The notes beneath the pieces are model-generated. The model ran no database searches. It worked only from the letters and a program-made list of their open reading frames with translations, and was not told the origin of the DNA. A program made the translations under genes and the position numbers. From positions 1-50,085 of IMG/VR virus record IMGVR_UViG_3300034760_000061: a stretch of DNA of 50,085 nt. One strand, given 5' to 3'. This document shows positions 48,393 through 50,085 of this stretch, piece after piece. The stretch's first letter is position 1. Every line of letters starts with the position of its first letter. This DNA comes from a virus. Taxonomy: Duplodnaviria > Caudoviricetes.

Positions 48393-48589
48393 ATTCTTCT
48401 TTCAAGAGGACGAGTTGATTCACAACGACCTTAAATGCTCTAACATTTAAGATCGAAACTAGCCTGATTACGCTCAGGTGGTTGAGTAAAATGATTCCGA
48501 AGGGCGCCTTGCAGGGCGCCCTTTTTCACATTTGAACTGCTCTATACGTTTCTCATAACCCTCCTATCACTCGTTCATTGTCATTCGGC

Positions 48590-48751
48590 TTACTCGCCGG
48601 CGCTTGTGCCGCCGCGTCGCGCTTGAACTTCCATGAGACAACGCACTATTTCGCTGTTCAGCGAACGCCCCGCCTGCTTCGCAGCTGCCTCAAACCACTC
48701 GCGCAATTCGGCCGGCATCCGTAATGGATAGGCTGGTATCTGGGCGCTCAT
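48590..48751 (-). CDS. Arc-family (ribbon-helix-helix) DNA-binding protein
   Basis: AGGA RBS; YPLRMPAELREWFEAAAKQAGRSLNSEIV. Confidence 0.88.
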   Translation of the reverse strand: MSAQIPAYPLRMPAELREWFEAAAKQAGRSLNSEIVRCLMEVQARRGGTSAGE

Positions 48752-48769
48752 TTTTGATCCTGTAGGAAA

Positions 48770-48811
48770 TTGACTTTGATTCAATATAGAATCTATTTGA
48801 CTCAGAGTCAA
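48770..48811. promoter_or_regulatory. divergent promoter/operator region
   Basis: 15-bp palindromes TTGACTTTGATTCAA (48770-48784, imperfect) and TTGACTCAGAGTCAA (48797-48811). Leftward promoter TTGACT(48811-06)-17bp-TATATT(48788-83). Confidence 0.75.
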
Positions 48812-48855
48812 GAAGACTCTTTGCTCGTTCAGACAGCGTAGAGGAAAATCGAGCG

Positions 48856-49143
48856 ATGACGACTCCAACTCCGACTCAGCCCACCCCATTTCCTCTGCGG
48901 ATGCCCCCAGAGCTGCGCGAACGACTTGAGGCCCGCGCCAAAAAGAACGGCCGCAGCGCAAACGCTGAAATTGTTTCAATGGTGAAAGCCGCGCTGGAGG
49001 GCGCGTCAGGCTTGGCCGCAGCTACGTCAGGCGAGCTCCTCGATGAGGTGGTGAATCGATATGGCGCGAAGGTACAAATCGTGGTGACACCCGAAGTCGC
49101 CGCCCAGGCCAGTATCAAGCCGAAGCGCAAGAAGGCGAAGTAG
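48856..49143 (+). CDS. Arc-family (ribbon-helix-helix) DNA-binding protein
   Basis: GAGG RBS; FPLRMPPELRERLEARAKKNGRSANAEIV. Confidence 0.9.
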   Translation: MTTPTPTQPTPFPLRMPPELRERLEARAKKNGRSANAEIVSMVKAALEGASGLAAATSGELLDEVVNRYGAKVQIVVTPEVAAQASIKPKRKKAK

Positions 49144-49653
49144 GTGGTCATCCTGCTGCAGCGTGACGAACTGTATGCGGATGTGTGGCAACACCCGATC
49201 GGGCATCTAGCGCGCCGCATGAGCGTGACGTCAGCAAAGCTGCGCGAGGCCTGCAAAGCGATGGCTGTGCCATTGCCAGCGGTTGGCCATTGGGCGGCGG
49301 CTCGCGCCGGCACCGCGCCGGGCAGAACTCCCCTGCCCCCTCATGCTGGACTCGACACATACACGATCGGCACTGTGCCGCGCGAGTCCTTGGTAGAGTG
49401 GGTTACGGCAGCGAGGCCAAAGCAAACGAGCGGGCCGACGCAATCACCCCCTCAATTTGAGGAAGTGCCAAATCAGAGCCCTGGGCCACGCTATGTCCCG
49501 CTGCAGGAATGGGCGGCCGCAGTCTTCGGCGAGCGCGCGCCCCATCAAAATACTTTGCTACGATGGATCCACGACGGGCGAATCCAGCCGCCGGCGCGCA
49601 AGATCGGTAGGCGCTGGTGGGTGGTGTCAGGCGCAGAATACGTTGAGGACTGA
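49144..49653 (+). CDS. two-domain protein: HTH-like domain + lambda-Xis-like excisionase
   Basis: N-terminal RDELY..VW..P...LA......L...C....VP.P..GHW; C-terminal L.EWA...F....P...TL.RW...G.I.PP..KIGR.W.V. Confidence 0.75.
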   Translation: MVILLQRDELYADVWQHPIGHLARRMSVTSAKLREACKAMAVPLPAVGHWAAARAGTAPGRTPLPPHAGLDTYTIGTVPRESLVEWVTAARPKQTSGPTQSPPQFEEVPNQSPGPRYVPLQEWAAAVFGERAPHQNTLLRWIHDGRIQPPARKIGRRWWVVSGAEYVED

Positions 49654-49657
49654 ACAA

Positions 49658-49870
49658 ATGTGCCATCCGATCGCATGGGTCAAACTTGAAAAGTACGCAG
49701 AGCTGACTGGGGACAGTGTCGACTCGGTAATGGCCCGGCGGAAGCTCGGGAAATGGCTTGATGGCGTCGAATGCAAAAGCGTCGATGGGCGGCTTTGGGT
49801 CAACCTGCCAGCCGTAGAAGCTTGGATCGAGAACTGGGGCGCACACGGACCCGGAAAGCGGAGCGAATGA
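49658..49870 (+). CDS. excisionase-like protein
   Basis: WVKLEKYAELTG.S...V..R...G.W..G......DGR.WVN...V..W. Confidence 0.8.
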   Translation: MCHPIAWVKLEKYAELTGDSVDSVMARRKLGKWLDGVECKSVDGRLWVNLPAVEAWIENWGAHGPGKRSE

Positions 49871-50085
49871 ACGACCATACCTCTGCGCTACCCCACGGAG
49901 CGATACACGTTACATGGGTGCTTATCCCGCTGTTTTGCACGCTGACCGGGTACTCAGACAAGGCGGTCCGCCGTAAGATCGAGGATGGAATTTGGCTTCA
50001 GGGCAAGCACTTTAGGAAAGCGCCAGACGGCCGCATCACGATGAGCATGCCAGCGTACTACCAGTGGGTGGAAACGCCAGGGTGA
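49867..50085 (+). CDS. excisionase-like protein
   Basis: WV.I..F..LTGYS.KAVRRKIE.G.W..G....KAPDGRI......Y..WVE; ATGA overlap. Confidence 0.85.
   Translation: MNDHTSALPHGAIHVTWVLIPLFCTLTGYSDKAVRRKIEDGIWLQGKHFRKAPDGRITMSMPAYYQWVETPG

Larger units (their letters stand above)
16745..50085. mobile_element. HK97/phiE125-like siphovirus prophage (left boundary uncertain, 10079-16700; continues past right edge)
   Basis: Colinear lysis, tail, head, packaging, Q, replication, regulatory and xis genes. Confidence 0.95.

Noticed and set aside
1-50085. CRISPR array, classical attC integron cassettes, retron
   Set aside because: No regularly spaced repeats, attC-like elements, cas or RT genes noticed by eye.
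35497-50085. Capsid-forming PICI
   Set aside because: alpA/primase and HK97 head genes fit, but a full tail and lysis module is contiguous, which cf-PICIs lack.

Overview
GC-rich (betaproteobacterial-looking, inferred) accessory region made entirely of mobile DNA. Left ~13.5 kb: an IS481 end plus a decayed, tandem tRNA-Pro-targeted island array. The same P4-like tyrosine integrase occurs four times (one complete, one 5'-truncated, two ~130 bp 3'-end remnants starting at nearly the same codon). Each copy is followed by different cargo, mostly interbacterial toxin/immunity genes (Tae4 pseudogene, signal-peptide RHS toxin + immunity, orphan toxin tip + DUF6968-like gene, BPSL0067/STY0301-like pair). 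13.6-16.5 kb: morons including a KilA-N/BstA-like protein and a membrane-anchored exonuclease-fold protein (candidate phage defence). 16.7-50 kb: a near-complete HK97/phiE125-like siphovirus prophage, mostly on the minus strand (lysis, tail, head, terminase, HNH, Q, primase). Its unusual traits are an SGNH hydrolase inside the head module, a collagen-like membrane protein in the lysis cassette, a very short tail-tip module, a stop-interrupted replication initiator, no CI/Cro but a divergent Arc/Arc (RHH) switch, three paralogous repressor-C-terminus-like miniproteins and three tandem excisionase-like genes at the right edge. All family calls are from motif recognition; no database search was run.
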